Shown in pieces: positions 1 through 9,881 of a DNA stretch of 32,000 bases. The first letter of the stretch is position 1, and every line of letters starts with the position of its first letter. The notes below the pieces were generated by a model. It was not told the DNA's origin. It did no database searches and was given only the letters and a program-made list of their open reading frames with translations. The translations under genes and the position numbers were made by a program. The stretch is taken from the NCBI GenBank assembly GCA_001897305.1, contig MKSO01000001.1, positions 120,001 to 152,000 on the forward strand, read 5' to 3'. The stretch comes from Candidatus Saccharimonadota bacterium. Its GTDB lineage: Bacteria; Patescibacteriota; Saccharimonadia; Saccharimonadales; Saccharimonadaceae.

Positions 1-690
1 GCTGCGGGGTCTTGTTCGGAGTCCGCCATAGGTAAGTACCCAACTGCTAGTACGGCGCCTAGTATTGCGGCGCGTTTCCCCGTTAACTCGGCTACTCCGG
101 CACTATCGGGTGTGGCAAATATTACAGGTGATAATCTATCCGGCTTATATAAGGCAACCGACGCAGCGCTTACTGTTGTAAGTGATGGTGCCATTCCGGC
201 TGGCCGTTGGGTAGTTATCAATGCCCCTAACACTACAGTTACTATTGGGAGTAATATTACCTATACAAACGATCCGCTAACATCTATAGCTCAAATCCCC
301 CAAGTTGTTATTATTGCCAAAAACATTATTATTGCCGATAAAGATGTAGGTAAACCGGGTGACCCTGCAATATCCCAAGTTGACTCTTGGCTAGTAGCTG
401 TTGGGAGCGGGTCTGAAGGGCGCATTAATACCTGTGGTGCGGGAACGGTGAGTGAGTCTACTGCACTTACCTCTAAAGTCTGTGATGCTAAGCTGACGGT
501 GAATGGTCCAATTACCGCTAATCGTCTTATTCTTCGTCGTACGGCTGGTGCTGGTGTTGGCTCGGCCGCCGGCGACCCAGCTGAGGTATTTAACTTACGT
601 TCAGACGCTTATATCTGGGCAACGAGCTATAGTCCGGGGACCGGCCGCCTTCCGACTGTCATGACAAAAGAAATTCCGCCTCGCTTTTAA
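1..690 (+). CDS. hypothetical secreted/surface protein, 5'-truncated by the window edge
   Basis: Frame 1 is open from base 1 to the TAA at 688-690, so the GTG at 112 in the ORF track is probably internal. The sequence is Thr/Asn/Gly/Val-rich with no TM segment. No family recognised. Confidence 0.55.
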   Translation, partial: AAGSCSESAIGKYPTASTAPSIAARFPVNSATPALSGVANITGDNLSGLYKATDAALTVVSDGAIPAGRWVVINAPNTTVTIGSNITYTNDPLTSIAQIPQVVIIAKNIIIADKDVGKPGDPAISQVDSWLVAVGSGSEGRINTCGAGTVSESTALTSKVCDAKLTVNGPITANRLILRRTAGAGVGSAAGDPAEVFNLRSDAYIWATSYSPGTGRLPTVMTKEIPPRF

Positions 691-701
691 TCCTATATCG
701 C

Positions 702-731
702 TTGCTTTTACGCTTATGCTTTCGGTATAAT
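702..731 (+). promoter_or_regulatory. candidate sigma70-type promoter of the pil operon
   Basis: TTGCTT (702-707), an 18-nt spacer, then TATAAT (726-731). The -10 overlaps the ATG at 730, which argues for ATG 742 as the pilM start. Confidence 0.35.
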
Positions 732-741
732 GAGGGACAAT

Positions 742-1788
742 ATGGCAAATCACGGCGTGGGCGATTTTTTTGCACTAGATATTGGCACGAATGCAGTTCG
801 TGTAGTTCAGCTTTCTCCGGCTGGGGGTGATACATGGAATTTGACCCATTTTGGCTATGCTCCCGTCGATGAGAAGATAACAAGCTCTTCGTCTCCAGAA
901 GCACAGCGAAAACTGGGCGAAGTTATTATGACGGCAGTAGGGCAGAGCGGTATCAAAACGAAAAATGTCGTTATTGGTTTGCCTTCAAGTAAAACCTTTA
1001 CGACTGTCATCGAAGTGCCGCTGATGTCCGAGAACGAGTTGCGTAGCACTATCAAGTATCAAGTTGATCAGTACATTCCTATGGCTGTTAATGAGGCTAA
1101 AGTGGATTGGGCGCTCCTTGGTACTTCGCTGCACGATCCAAAAATGCAAGAAGTTATTATTGCCAGTACGGCTAATAGTTATGCTGAAGAGCGACTCGAG
1201 TTTGTTGAAAGCTTGGGGCTTAATGTTATTGCGGCTGAACCAGATCCTCTGGCTATGATCCGTTCGCTACTTCCCGCTGGAGTACCTGACGCTCGTCTTA
1301 TCATCGATATGGGTGAACAGGCTACTAACTTAGCTATTACCTTCGGTGATACTCCTCGACTTGTTCGTACCATTCCAACCGGTGTGCAGTCACTCGTGAA
1401 AGCGACGGTACAGAACCTCAATGTTCAAGAGGACCAAGCCCGTCAGTTTATTCTCAAGTTTGGTTTGGCGCCAGATCGCCTTGAGGGGCAGGTTTACCGC
1501 GCTATCGAAGCGACACTCGATAGCTTCACCACCGAACTTACTAAATCAATCAAGTTCTTCCAAACGCGGTATCCTAATACGCCAGTGGGGGGTATCTTAC
1601 TCTCGGGGTATAGTGCGGTTGTTCCTGGCTTTGGCCAGTACGTTGGTACAAAAGTAGGTATTCAGGCTGATATGGCCAACCCATGGCAAAAAGTGCGTGT
1701 TTCTCAAACTGACCAACAGCAACTTGCGGCTGTCGCCTCAGAGTTCGCTACGGTTATCGGGCTGGCACAGCGAAGGAATGTCATATGA
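742..1788 (+). CDS. pilM: type IV pilus assembly protein PilM (actin-like ATPase fold)
   Basis: The N-terminus FFALDIGTNAVRVVQL is the typical PilM/FtsA-like phosphate-1 motif. It is about 350 aa and is followed by pilN with an ATGA overlap. An alternative start is ATG 730. Confidence 0.9.
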   Translation: MANHGVGDFFALDIGTNAVRVVQLSPAGGDTWNLTHFGYAPVDEKITSSSSPEAQRKLGEVIMTAVGQSGIKTKNVVIGLPSSKTFTTVIEVPLMSENELRSTIKYQVDQYIPMAVNEAKVDWALLGTSLHDPKMQEVIIASTANSYAEERLEFVESLGLNVIAAEPDPLAMIRSLLPAGVPDARLIIDMGEQATNLAITFGDTPRLVRTIPTGVQSLVKATVQNLNVQEDQARQFILKFGLAPDRLEGQVYRAIEATLDSFTTELTKSIKFFQTRYPNTPVGGILLSGYSAVVPGFGQYVGTKVGIQADMANPWQKVRVSQTDQQQLAAVASEFATVIGLAQRRNVI

Positions 1789-2495
1789 TAGAAATTAACC
1801 TCATCCCTGACGTTAAGCGCGAACTATTAAGGGCTCAACGGGCACGTACAACAGTTATCTCGGCGGCAATTGTTATCAGTATAGTCGCTGGCGCTGTTGT
1901 TGCGGCGCTTGCTCTGTATGTGTACGGAGTCCAAACAGTTCGTGGTGCGCTGCTGGATAATCAAATTAAGGACGGCGCTGCAAAATTATCAAAAGTGGAA
2001 GATCTTTCGAAGATTCTCACTATTCAAAATCAGTTAAGCCGTATATCCGAATTGAATAGTCAGAAAAACATCGACTCTCGACTCTTTGATGTACTGGCGG
2101 CGGTTATCCCCCCCGACCCTAACAGTGTAAAGGTTTCGCTTGTTACGGTTGACTCAGAGGCTAAAACGGTTCGCATTGAAGGCCAAACAAGGGGCTACGA
2201 TTCAATGGAGGTCTTCAAGAAGACACTCGATAGTGCCATTCTTAACTTTACCGATAATGGCAAAGCCGATACCGAGAAATTAGCTACAGATATCAGTGTT
2301 TCAGATACTAGTTACGGTGCTAATTCTGATGGCCAAAAGGTTCTCCGTTTTGTTCTAACCTTCACGTATGCTGAAAAGCTATTTTCGCCAGATATTTCTG
2401 GGGCAACCATTAAGCTTGATGCTAACGGTAATGTGACCGACTCTTATCTGGGTATCCCAAAGAGTATCTTCACGGAAAGGGGAACGGATTTGTAG
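1785..2495 (+). CDS. pilN: PilN-like pilus assembly protein
   Basis: The N-terminus IEINLIPD...RA is followed by a single TM helix, the PilN signature. It overlaps the pilM stop (ATGA), suggesting translational coupling. Confidence 0.75.
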   Translation: MIEINLIPDVKRELLRAQRARTTVISAAIVISIVAGAVVAALALYVYGVQTVRGALLDNQIKDGAAKLSKVEDLSKILTIQNQLSRISELNSQKNIDSRLFDVLAAVIPPDPNSVKVSLVTVDSEAKTVRIEGQTRGYDSMEVFKKTLDSAILNFTDNGKADTEKLATDISVSDTSYGANSDGQKVLRFVLTFTYAEKLFSPDISGATIKLDANGNVTDSYLGIPKSIFTERGTDL

Positions 2496-2496
2496 T

Positions 2497-3186
2497 ATGA
2501 AACCAAACGATGCAGCTATTCGAAAGCGTTCGCAAATTGCCAAAGCAAGTCGAACAATGTTTATCTGGATTGCGGTTGCCTCTGCTCTTATAGGCGTAGC
2601 CCTTGTAGTAAGTATCTTTTTGACACAAAAGCTGTTTTATAACGAAAAAGTTCTTGGTGAGAAGCAGAATACAGTATCAGTCGTTAACCATAACAACCAA
2701 GTTGTAGGTGATCTAGAGAACCAAGTTCGTGTTCTTGATACTAATTCAGCATTGGCAAGCGTTAAGGCAAATAGTAGCGATCAGGCTATACAGGTTATTC
2801 TTGATGCGCTGCCTTCGGATGCCAATTCAAATGCACTTGGTTCATCGCTACAGAACAAGTTACTAGTAGGGATTCCAGGGTTAAGCGTAGAATCGCTTCA
2901 AATTGATCCAGTCGTGGGTGTCGAAACATTAACCGGTGATAACACCTCAACCTCTACGACCACCCAGGAAACCGATGATCAAATTACATTCCAGTTTGTG
3001 GTTCGCGGTGATCAAAGCGCACTCCGTAAGGTTCTCGAAAATCTAGAGAAATCAATCCGAACTATTGTTGTTACGTCGGTTCGTATTGAAACCTCTTCTA
3101 CTGGAACCCAGATGACGGTACAGGGTAAGGCATTCTACGAACCAACTAAGACGATTGAGCTAGAAAAGAAGGTGGTAAAACCATGA
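2497..3186 (+). CDS. pilO: PilO-like bitopic pilus alignment protein (assigned by position and architecture)
   Basis: It has a single N-terminal TM helix, a coiled-coil-like region and an extracytoplasmic domain, and lies directly after pilN. I cannot verify sequence family membership by eye. Confidence 0.5.
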   Translation: MKPNDAAIRKRSQIAKASRTMFIWIAVASALIGVALVVSIFLTQKLFYNEKVLGEKQNTVSVVNHNNQVVGDLENQVRVLDTNSALASVKANSSDQAIQVILDALPSDANSNALGSSLQNKLLVGIPGLSVESLQIDPVVGVETLTGDNTSTSTTTQETDDQITFQFVVRGDQSALRKVLENLEKSIRTIVVTSVRIETSSTGTQMTVQGKAFYEPTKTIELEKKVVKP

Positions 3187-3407
3187 AAAAAACCGACATA
3201 GCCATGATTCTATTAATTGCTATTGTTAGTGTAGTAGTGGCATTCTTTGTAACCCGTTCAATCTTTGGTGGCTCGGCAACCGAAGCCGTAAAAGTAGACA
3301 CGATGGAAAAAATAACCTCACAGGTTACCGAACCCGACCCGGCCATTTTCAATTCGAACGCCATCAATCCAGCGGTTGAGGTTCAAATTACGAATAAAGG
3401 TCAGTAG
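3183..3407 (+). CDS. small single-pass membrane protein inside the pil operon
   Basis: 74 aa with an N-terminal TM helix (IAMILLIAIVSVVVAFFV). It has an ATGA overlap with the upstream gene and ends 12 nt before pilB. Confidence 0.5.
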   Translation: MKKTDIAMILLIAIVSVVVAFFVTRSIFGGSATEAVKVDTMEKITSQVTEPDPAIFNSNAINPAVEVQITNKGQ

Positions 3408-3418
3408 AGGAGGCGAGA

Positions 3419-5182
3419 GTGGCGCTTCTTACCGACGACATTCAGGAAAAGTTGATCACCCTTCTTGTAAACGAAGGGCTGGTGGCTGCTGATGTTATCG
3501 AAACGGCGCGGAGTCAAGCTGCGGGTACAAACAAACCATTGTTTAGCTTGCTGACTGATCAGGATATTATCGACGACGAGCTTCTTACGCATGCAATCGC
3601 GCAAGTCTCTGGTGTGCCCTACGTAAACCTTGTTAATACACTGATTGATCAGAACATTTTAGCGCTACTCCCAGAAGACATAGCCGAACGCTTCATGGCT
3701 GTGCCGCTCGCCGAAGTGCAGAACCGCTTGGCGGTTGCTATGCTCGATGGTAATAATGTCCAGGCGGTCGACTACCTTGCAAACCGTATCCAAAGGCCAC
3801 TTAAGGTCTTTATGGCCTCAGAGGGCGGTATACGCCACGTTCTTGACCAGTACAAGACCGACCTTTCGAGTGTGAACCAAGCGGCGCAAGCTAGCCAAGA
3901 AGAACTTAAGGAGCAAGAGGCGAATGATGTTAAAACAATTGTTCAAGACTCGCCTATTAGCCAAGCCTTGAGCAAGATTCTTGAGTATGCTATTAAGTCA
4001 CGAGCTAGTGATATCCACGTCGAGCCGCTCGAGAACGCGCTGAAAATTCGTTGTCGCGTTGACGGCGTGTTACGCGAAATCATGCAGCTGCCAAAAAGTA
4101 TCGAGCCGGCATTAGTAAGCCGTGTAAAAATTCTCGCTAACTTAAAGATTGACGAGCACCGCGTCCCCCAGGACGGTCAGTTTGCTGTTAAAATTGCGAA
4201 CAAAGAAGTTGACCTTCGTATCGCTATTAGCCCTGTTGTGTGGGGTGAACAAATTGTTATTCGTTTGCTGGATAAATCTGGTTCTAGTTTTGACCTTGAA
4301 CAAATGGGCTATGCGGGGCGTTCGCTACGAGCTATCCGCCACGGTATTAAGCGACCAAATGGTATGGTGCTTACATCTGGACCGACTGGTTCAGGTAAGT
4401 CGACTAGTTTGTATGCATTGATCAAAGAAATTAAAGACGATACCGTTAATATCGTCACCCTAGAAGACCCAGTTGAGTACAAAATGCAGGGGGTAAACCA
4501 AATTCAGGTGAACCCGGAAGTCGGGCTTACGTTTGCCAACGGTCTTCGTTCTATTCTGCGTCAGGACCCAGACGTCGTGATGGTAGGTGAGATTCGTGAT
4601 GGTGAAACGGCCAGCTTGGCTATTCAAGCGGCCTTAACGGGTCACCTTGTATTTAGCACCCTGCACACTAATAGTGCAGCCGGTGTGTTGCCGCGTTTGC
4701 TCGACATGAATATTGAGCCTTTCCTTATAGCAAGTACAGTGAATACTATTATTGGACAACGACTTGTTAGGCGTGTAGCCGATAGGCGTGAAACATACCA
4801 GTCGAGCCCTATTGAAACACAAAATATTATGGCCACTGTTGGGCACTTGCTTCCCAAGACAAAAGAAGAGGTAGCGCGTGTTTCTGCTGATTTAGGGTAT
4901 AAAGACCTACCATTAGCAGGCCAAAGCGCTTATACTTTAGTCAGAGGAATTGACACCCCTCAAACACCGCACGGGTATAGTGGTCGCGCAGGTATCTACG
5001 AAGTGATGGACGTGAACCCTGACATTCAGAAATTGATTATCAGTCACGCCACCAGCAACGAGATCCAGCAGCTTGCAGTCTCGCAAGGTATGATTACCAT
5101 GCGTCAAGACGGCTACCTCAAGGCGTTATCAGGGGTTACAACAATAGAAGAAGTCAACCGTGTGACATCAGACACAGCATAG
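3419..5182 (+). CDS. pilB: type IV pilus assembly (extension) ATPase PilB / GspE family
   Basis: GTG start preceded by AGAGGAGG. It has a T2SSE N-terminal-type domain, Walker A GPTGSGKST, the LEDPVE Asp box, GEIRD (Walker B region) and the TGHLVFSTLHTN His box. Confidence 0.92.
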   Translation: MALLTDDIQEKLITLLVNEGLVAADVIETARSQAAGTNKPLFSLLTDQDIIDDELLTHAIAQVSGVPYVNLVNTLIDQNILALLPEDIAERFMAVPLAEVQNRLAVAMLDGNNVQAVDYLANRIQRPLKVFMASEGGIRHVLDQYKTDLSSVNQAAQASQEELKEQEANDVKTIVQDSPISQALSKILEYAIKSRASDIHVEPLENALKIRCRVDGVLREIMQLPKSIEPALVSRVKILANLKIDEHRVPQDGQFAVKIANKEVDLRIAISPVVWGEQIVIRLLDKSGSSFDLEQMGYAGRSLRAIRHGIKRPNGMVLTSGPTGSGKSTSLYALIKEIKDDTVNIVTLEDPVEYKMQGVNQIQVNPEVGLTFANGLRSILRQDPDVVMVGEIRDGETASLAIQAALTGHLVFSTLHTNSAAGVLPRLLDMNIEPFLIASTVNTIIGQRLVRRVADRRETYQSSPIETQNIMATVGHLLPKTKEEVARVSADLGYKDLPLAGQSAYTLVRGIDTPQTPHGYSGRAGIYEVMDVNPDIQKLIISHATSNEIQQLAVSQGMITMRQDGYLKALSGVTTIEEVNRVTSDTA

Positions 5183-5196
5183 GAATAGGGTAGGGT

Positions 5197-6270
5197 ATGA
5201 ATAACAGTCCACAGCTACGAATCGAAGTACTCCTTGAGGAGGTTATTAAGCGTCGGGCATCCGACCTTCACTTGCAGGTTGGTTTGCCGCCAATGCTCCG
5301 CATTGATGGTCAGCTTGTGCCGGTTGTTGGGTTTAATCCCCTCGACGAAGCGGCGGTTGAGACCCTTGTGTTTGCTATTCTCGACCAAGATCAGCGTCAA
5401 ATTTTGCTCAAAGATAAAGAGTTCGACTTTAGTTTCGCATTTGGCACCCTTGGGCGTTTCCGTGTGAACGCGTTCCATGAACGCGGTAATTTAGCGGCTG
5501 CCTTACGTTTGATTCCTAACGAGATTAAGACAGTCACTGAGCTCGGTTTGCCACAGGTGGTGCTTAACTTTGCCGACTACCCACGTGGTCTAGTGTTGGT
5601 TACTGGGCCAACTGGTTCTGGAAAGTCGACAACACTCGCGGCTTTGGTGGATAAAATTAATACCGAAAAATCAGCGCATATTATTACCATCGAAGACCCA
5701 ATCGAGTTTACGCACAAGTCAAAAAAGTCGGTAATTGTACAGCGTGAGGTACACTACGACACCTATAGCTTCTCGGCGGCATTGCGTTCAAGCCTGCGTC
5801 AAGACCCCGATGTAGTGCTTATTGGTGAGATGCGTGACCTTGAAACCATTTCAGCGGCTATTACTATCGCCGAAACGGGGCACTTGGTGTTTGCAACGCT
5901 TCACACCAACAGTGCTGCTCAGTCAATCGACCGTATGATCGACGTCTTCCCACCACACCAGCAACCACAAATTCGCGCGCAGCTATCGAATATTTTGATG
6001 GCTATTGTGTCGCAGCGGCTTGTGCCAATGATCGGTGGTGGGCGTGTTGCAGCGGCCGAAATTATGGTAGCTAACTCTGCGGTTCGTAATATTATTCGTG
6101 AAGGTAAATCACACCAACTTGATGCGGTAATTCAAACCGGTGCCGAGCAAGGAATGCAAACAATGGACCGCACGTTGGCGAGCCTGGTGCAATCGGGTAC
6201 TATTACCTACGACAACGCCCGTGAGTTTGCCGTCGACCTCGCTGAGTTTGAGCGTCTAATGAGGGGTTAA
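5197..6270 (+). CDS. pilT: twitching-motility retraction ATPase PilT
   Basis: 357 aa with ASDLHL, GPTGSGKSTTLAA, IITIEDPIEF, GEMRD and TGHLVFATLHTNSA motifs, which are typical of PilT. Confidence 0.92.
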   Translation: MNNSPQLRIEVLLEEVIKRRASDLHLQVGLPPMLRIDGQLVPVVGFNPLDEAAVETLVFAILDQDQRQILLKDKEFDFSFAFGTLGRFRVNAFHERGNLAAALRLIPNEIKTVTELGLPQVVLNFADYPRGLVLVTGPTGSGKSTTLAALVDKINTEKSAHIITIEDPIEFTHKSKKSVIVQREVHYDTYSFSAALRSSLRQDPDVVLIGEMRDLETISAAITIAETGHLVFATLHTNSAAQSIDRMIDVFPPHQQPQIRAQLSNILMAIVSQRLVPMIGGGRVAAAEIMVANSAVRNIIREGKSHQLDAVIQTGAEQGMQTMDRTLASLVQSGTITYDNAREFAVDLAEFERLMRG

Positions 6271-6276
6271 TAAAGA

Positions 6277-7488
6277 GTGAAAAAATTTACATACGAAGCG
6301 CGCGACCAATCTACGAACAAAGTAGTTAAATCGGTTATTCAAGCTGATTCTGAGAATGCAGCTGCTCGCGTGCTTATCGCACAAGGCTTCGTACCCCTTA
6401 ATGTTAAGGAGCAAGTTGGCGACGGGAGCTTCCTTAGCCGCTTTACGGGCCGTATCACCACAAAAGACAAAGTGGTCTTTACGCGCCAGCTGGCAACGCT
6501 TATTGGTGCCGGGTTACCGCTTAGCCAGAGCCTTAATACGGTCGTAGAACAAACCGAGAACAAGCAGTTACAATCGGTTATTCAAGATGTTATCGTATCG
6601 GTTGAGGGTGGGCACTCTTTGTCGGACTCATTTGCCAAGCATCCAAAGGTGTTTAACGAAGTATTCCTAGCGCTCATTTCTGCCGGTGAGTTATCCGGTA
6701 CACTTGATGAATCGCTGCAAAGGGTAGCGGCGCAGCAAGAGAAAGATGCGGCGGTGGCGAGCCGTATTAGAGGTGCCTTAACGTACCCAGTTATTGTACT
6801 GTTTGTTATTGCCGGTGTTATGGCGTTCATGCTGTTCACTGTGGTGCCGCAAGTGGAAAAACTCTACGAAGACCTCCATAAACCATTGCCGATCCTTACT
6901 CAAATTATGGTTAATATGGCCAACTTTGCGACTTCCTTCTGGTGGCTCGTTATTATCATTATAGGTGCGGCTATTTTCTTCTTTGTGCAATTCTTAAAGA
7001 CTGAAAATGGCATTAGGTTTCGCGACACATTTAAATTGAAGGTGCCGCTGTTTGGCAAGATGTTCGTTAAGCTATACATGGCACGCTTCTCACGCACAGC
7101 GCAGACCCTTCTTAGCACCGGTGTAAGTATGCTCGACACACTAAAAGTAACTGGTCGTGCTGTAAACAATACCTTGCTTGAAGAGAGTGTGAGTCGCGCA
7201 GCTGAAAAGGTACAGGGTGGTAAAGCTCTCTCGGTGGCCTTGTCATCTGAAGAGCTCATCGAACCACTTGTTCCACAAATGATTAAAATTGGTGAACAAT
7301 CAGGTAAGATCGACGAAATGATGGGCAAGGTTGCTCAAATTTATGAAGATGAGCTTGATGAGCAAATTCGAACGATTTCCACGGCTATCGAGCCAGTCCT
7401 GATGGTTGTATTGGCGGTTGTGGCTGGTGGTATGGTTGGCGCTATTTTGTTCCCAATTTACAGCCTCGTAAATGGCATTAATATCTAG
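6277..7488 (+). CDS. pilC: type IV pilus platform protein PilC (GspF family)
   Basis: 403 aa with two repeats of the T2SSF-type domain and 3 TM segments. It lies directly after pilB and pilT. Confidence 0.9.
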   Translation: MKKFTYEARDQSTNKVVKSVIQADSENAAARVLIAQGFVPLNVKEQVGDGSFLSRFTGRITTKDKVVFTRQLATLIGAGLPLSQSLNTVVEQTENKQLQSVIQDVIVSVEGGHSLSDSFAKHPKVFNEVFLALISAGELSGTLDESLQRVAAQQEKDAAVASRIRGALTYPVIVLFVIAGVMAFMLFTVVPQVEKLYEDLHKPLPILTQIMVNMANFATSFWWLVIIIIGAAIFFFVQFLKTENGIRFRDTFKLKVPLFGKMFVKLYMARFSRTAQTLLSTGVSMLDTLKVTGRAVNNTLLEESVSRAAEKVQGGKALSVALSSEELIEPLVPQMIKIGEQSGKIDEMMGKVAQIYEDELDEQIRTISTAIEPVLMVVLAVVAGGMVGAILFPIYSLVNGINI

Positions 7489-7559
7489 ACATTTGCTTCT
7501 GAATGGTATAGCATAAGCGTAAATGGTTTAATAAGTTCATCGAAAGGTGGGAAACTGCA

Positions 7560-8048
7560 ATGAACACAAAACTAGTAACTAAAGGGTTCACGATCATCGA
7601 GGTCGTTTTGGTACTGGCTATTGCCGGTCTGATCTTCTTGATGGTATTCATCGCACTCCCCGCACTACAAAGTGGTCAGCGCGACACCGCCCGTAAGTCA
7701 GATGTAAGTAACGTTGCTTCAGCGGTTACTTCATATACTAATAACAATAGGGGTAAGTTCCCAGACACAGCTGCATTGAATACGCAATTGGGTGCAAGCG
7801 GTAGCGGTACTGATACCACCTACACGAGCTTATCGACTAACACTACTGATGTAACTGTAAATACTACAGCGACCGCAGGAACCGTTGCGGGCGTAAGCGA
7901 TGCTAAAATTATCGTTCTAAAGGGAATGAAGTGTGATAGCGTGGCTGCAGAAGGCAAGGTTATTGTCGCCGCTGGTACAACTCGCCAGTTCGTTGTTGTG
8001 ACGCAACTCGAAGGTGGAAACAAAACCGGATACTGCCTCGACAGCTAG
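7560..8048 (+). CDS. pilA: major type IV pilin (prepilin with class III signal peptide)
   Basis: The N-terminus KG/FTIIEVVLVLAIAGLIFL has Glu at +5 after the predicted cleavage Gly. The C-terminal domain is Thr-rich. It has its own RBS (AAAGGTGGG) and a strong terminator. Confidence 0.8.
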   Translation: MNTKLVTKGFTIIEVVLVLAIAGLIFLMVFIALPALQSGQRDTARKSDVSNVASAVTSYTNNNRGKFPDTAALNTQLGASGSGTDTTYTSLSTNTTDVTVNTTATAGTVAGVSDAKIIVLKGMKCDSVAAEGKVIVAAGTTRQFVVVTQLEGGNKTGYCLDS

Positions 8049-8064
8049 TCTTGGTACAATCTAA

Positions 8065-8090
8065 AAAGAAGGCCCATTGGGCCTTCTTTT
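8065..8090. terminator. intrinsic terminator after the pilin gene
   Basis: AAAGAAGGCC-CATTG-GGCCTTCTTT hairpin flanked by an A-run and a T-run. Confidence 0.8.
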
Positions 8091-8126
8091 GTTATAGGTG
8101 CTTAGTGCTCGAAGCTGCTTCATGGT

Positions 8127-9023
8127 ATGATGATGCTTATGAATGAAATAATTGTATATGTCGCTCTTGTTCTTACGGGGCTAGCTTTAGGGAGCTTTGC
8201 TGGCGCCTCGGTATGGCGATTGCGCGCTCGCCAACTCGAATCTGACAAGAAGCATGGTGATGACTACGACCCAAAGGAATACAAACGCCTAAAAAAACTG
8301 CTAGGTAAGAAAGTTCGCAGCGATCGTTCTCGTTGCCTCGAGTGTGGTTACGAATTAAAATGGTACGACCTTATCCCGCTTGTTAGTTGGATTTCGCTCG
8401 GTGGAAAATGCCGCTCCTGTAAGCACCCAATCGGGAAGTTTGAGCCACTAATCGAGCTCGGTGTAGCGGCTTTCTTTGTATTGTCGTATATGTTTTGGCC
8501 ATCAGGGCTGACGAGCGGCTATGAAATAGCGCATTTCGTATTGTGGTTAGCAGCAGGAGTGGTTATGGCTATGTTGTTTGCATATGACGCAAAGTGGTAC
8601 CTATTACCAGATCGTCTTGTGGTGGCACTTGCGGTTATAGGGCTAGCAATTGCCGTATTAGTTGGACTTAATAGCGGTACGGTGGTGACGACGCTGTTAT
8701 CAGCCGTCGGGGCAGTGGGCGTGCTGGCTGGGCTTTATGCCGTTCTGTACGGCGCTTCGCGCGGGCGGTGGGTTGGTTTTGGCGATGTAAAGCTGGGTGT
8801 TGGGCTTGGGCTGCTGTTAATAAGTTGGGAATTGGCTTTTGTAGCATTGTTCTTGGCGAACTTCATCGGCTGTCTTATAGTTATTCCTTTGATGCTTGCA
8901 AAAAAGCTCAAGCGTACATCCCGTATTCCGTTCGGACCTCTGTTAATTATGGGTACAATACTGGCGTGGTTTGTAGGCACTCCGTTGCTCGCATGGTATA
9001 TGAGCGGTCTGGGGCTTTACTAG
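8127..9023 (+). CDS. pilD: prepilin peptidase / N-methyltransferase family (A24) PilD
   Basis: It carries the CLECG...CRSCKHPI zinc-ribbon region, multiple TM helices and the FGDVKLG active-site Asp motif. TGGTATGAT (8123-8131) lies 7 nt before ATG 8139, so 8139 may be the true leaderless start. Confidence 0.9.
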   Translation: MMMLMNEIIVYVALVLTGLALGSFAGASVWRLRARQLESDKKHGDDYDPKEYKRLKKLLGKKVRSDRSRCLECGYELKWYDLIPLVSWISLGGKCRSCKHPIGKFEPLIELGVAAFFVLSYMFWPSGLTSGYEIAHFVLWLAAGVVMAMLFAYDAKWYLLPDRLVVALAVIGLAIAVLVGLNSGTVVTTLLSAVGAVGVLAGLYAVLYGASRGRWVGFGDVKLGVGLGLLLISWELAFVALFLANFIGCLIVIPLMLAKKLKRTSRIPFGPLLIMGTILAWFVGTPLLAWYMSGLGLY

Positions 9024-9083
9024 ATAATAAAGCCATAAGCTCTATGCTTTCTCGGGTATCGTCGTGGTATAATAACCCCAGGT

Positions 9084-9881
9084 ATGGGCATCCGCGACAC
9101 TCAGGGTTTTACAATTATTGAAACGACGCTTTTTTTGGCAATTAGCGGGGTGTTAGTGGTGGCAATGATAGCCGGCGCTGGAGTGTCTTTGAATATTCAA
9201 CGATACCGCGATGCCTCTGAATCATTTAAGTCTTTACTACAAGCACAATATGCGGCTTTAAATAACGTTCAAAATGGCCGAGACAATACGCTGACATGTG
9301 ACTCTACAGCGGCGATTACTAGTGGTACCGTTGCACGTGGTCAAAGTGACTGTATATTAGTGGGACGATACGTGCGGATCGATCAATCGGATATTACTGT
9401 CTATAACGTCCTTGCGAAGCAAACGAGTGCTACAACCAGTGGAACAAATGATATTACTGCGCTCCGTAATAACTACGCCTTGAATGCCTCTTCGTTTGAT
9501 CGAGAAGAAAAAACAATGGACTGGGGCACGCAGATTGCTTGGCCGAAGTCTGGTGGTGGTGCTCATAGTCCAACAACACCGCGTACTATAGGTATTTTAA
9601 TGATACGTTCGCCAGATAGTGGTCTGATATATACATTTAGCAGTACAGATATACCACCCGATAAGAACGTAGTTCCTCAGTCTACGTTTAAGGACCCCAC
9701 TAATGGTTTGTTGCAGGCGGGTAGCGGTATTCCTGGCCAAGGCGCAAGGACAATTTGCGTTGGTTCAGGCGGGCTTTTGGTAGCGGGTGATATGGCTGTT
9801 TATATTAACGCGTATGCCGCGTCAGCGAGCGCTATCGAGATGCGTTCAAATGACTTGGCGGGTGTGGGGTCGCAATGTTAA
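9084..9881 (+). CDS. minor pilin / pseudopilin (prepilin-type N-terminus)
   Basis: N-terminus [20 protein letters not shown] with Glu at +5. TGGTATAAT (9065-9073) lies 10 nt upstream of the ATG. Confidence 0.75.
   Translation: MGIRDTQGFTIIETTLFLAISGVLVVAMIAGAGVSLNIQRYRDASESFKSLLQAQYAALNNVQNGRDNTLTCDSTAAITSGTVARGQSDCILVGRYVRIDQSDITVYNVLAKQTSATTSGTNDITALRNNYALNASSFDREEKTMDWGTQIAWPKSGGGAHSPTTPRTIGILMIRSPDSGLIYTFSSTDIPPDKNVVPQSTFKDPTNGLLQAGSGIPGQGARTICVGSGGLLVAGDMAVYINAYAASASAIEMRSNDLAGVGSQC

Noticed and set aside
3401-7328. Numerous 60-140-aa antisense or out-of-frame ORFs inside pilB, pilT and pilC. Similar ones occur inside other long genes.
   Set aside because: They are nested within strongly supported CDSs, lack their own signals and have biased composition. 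These are typical shadow ORFs.
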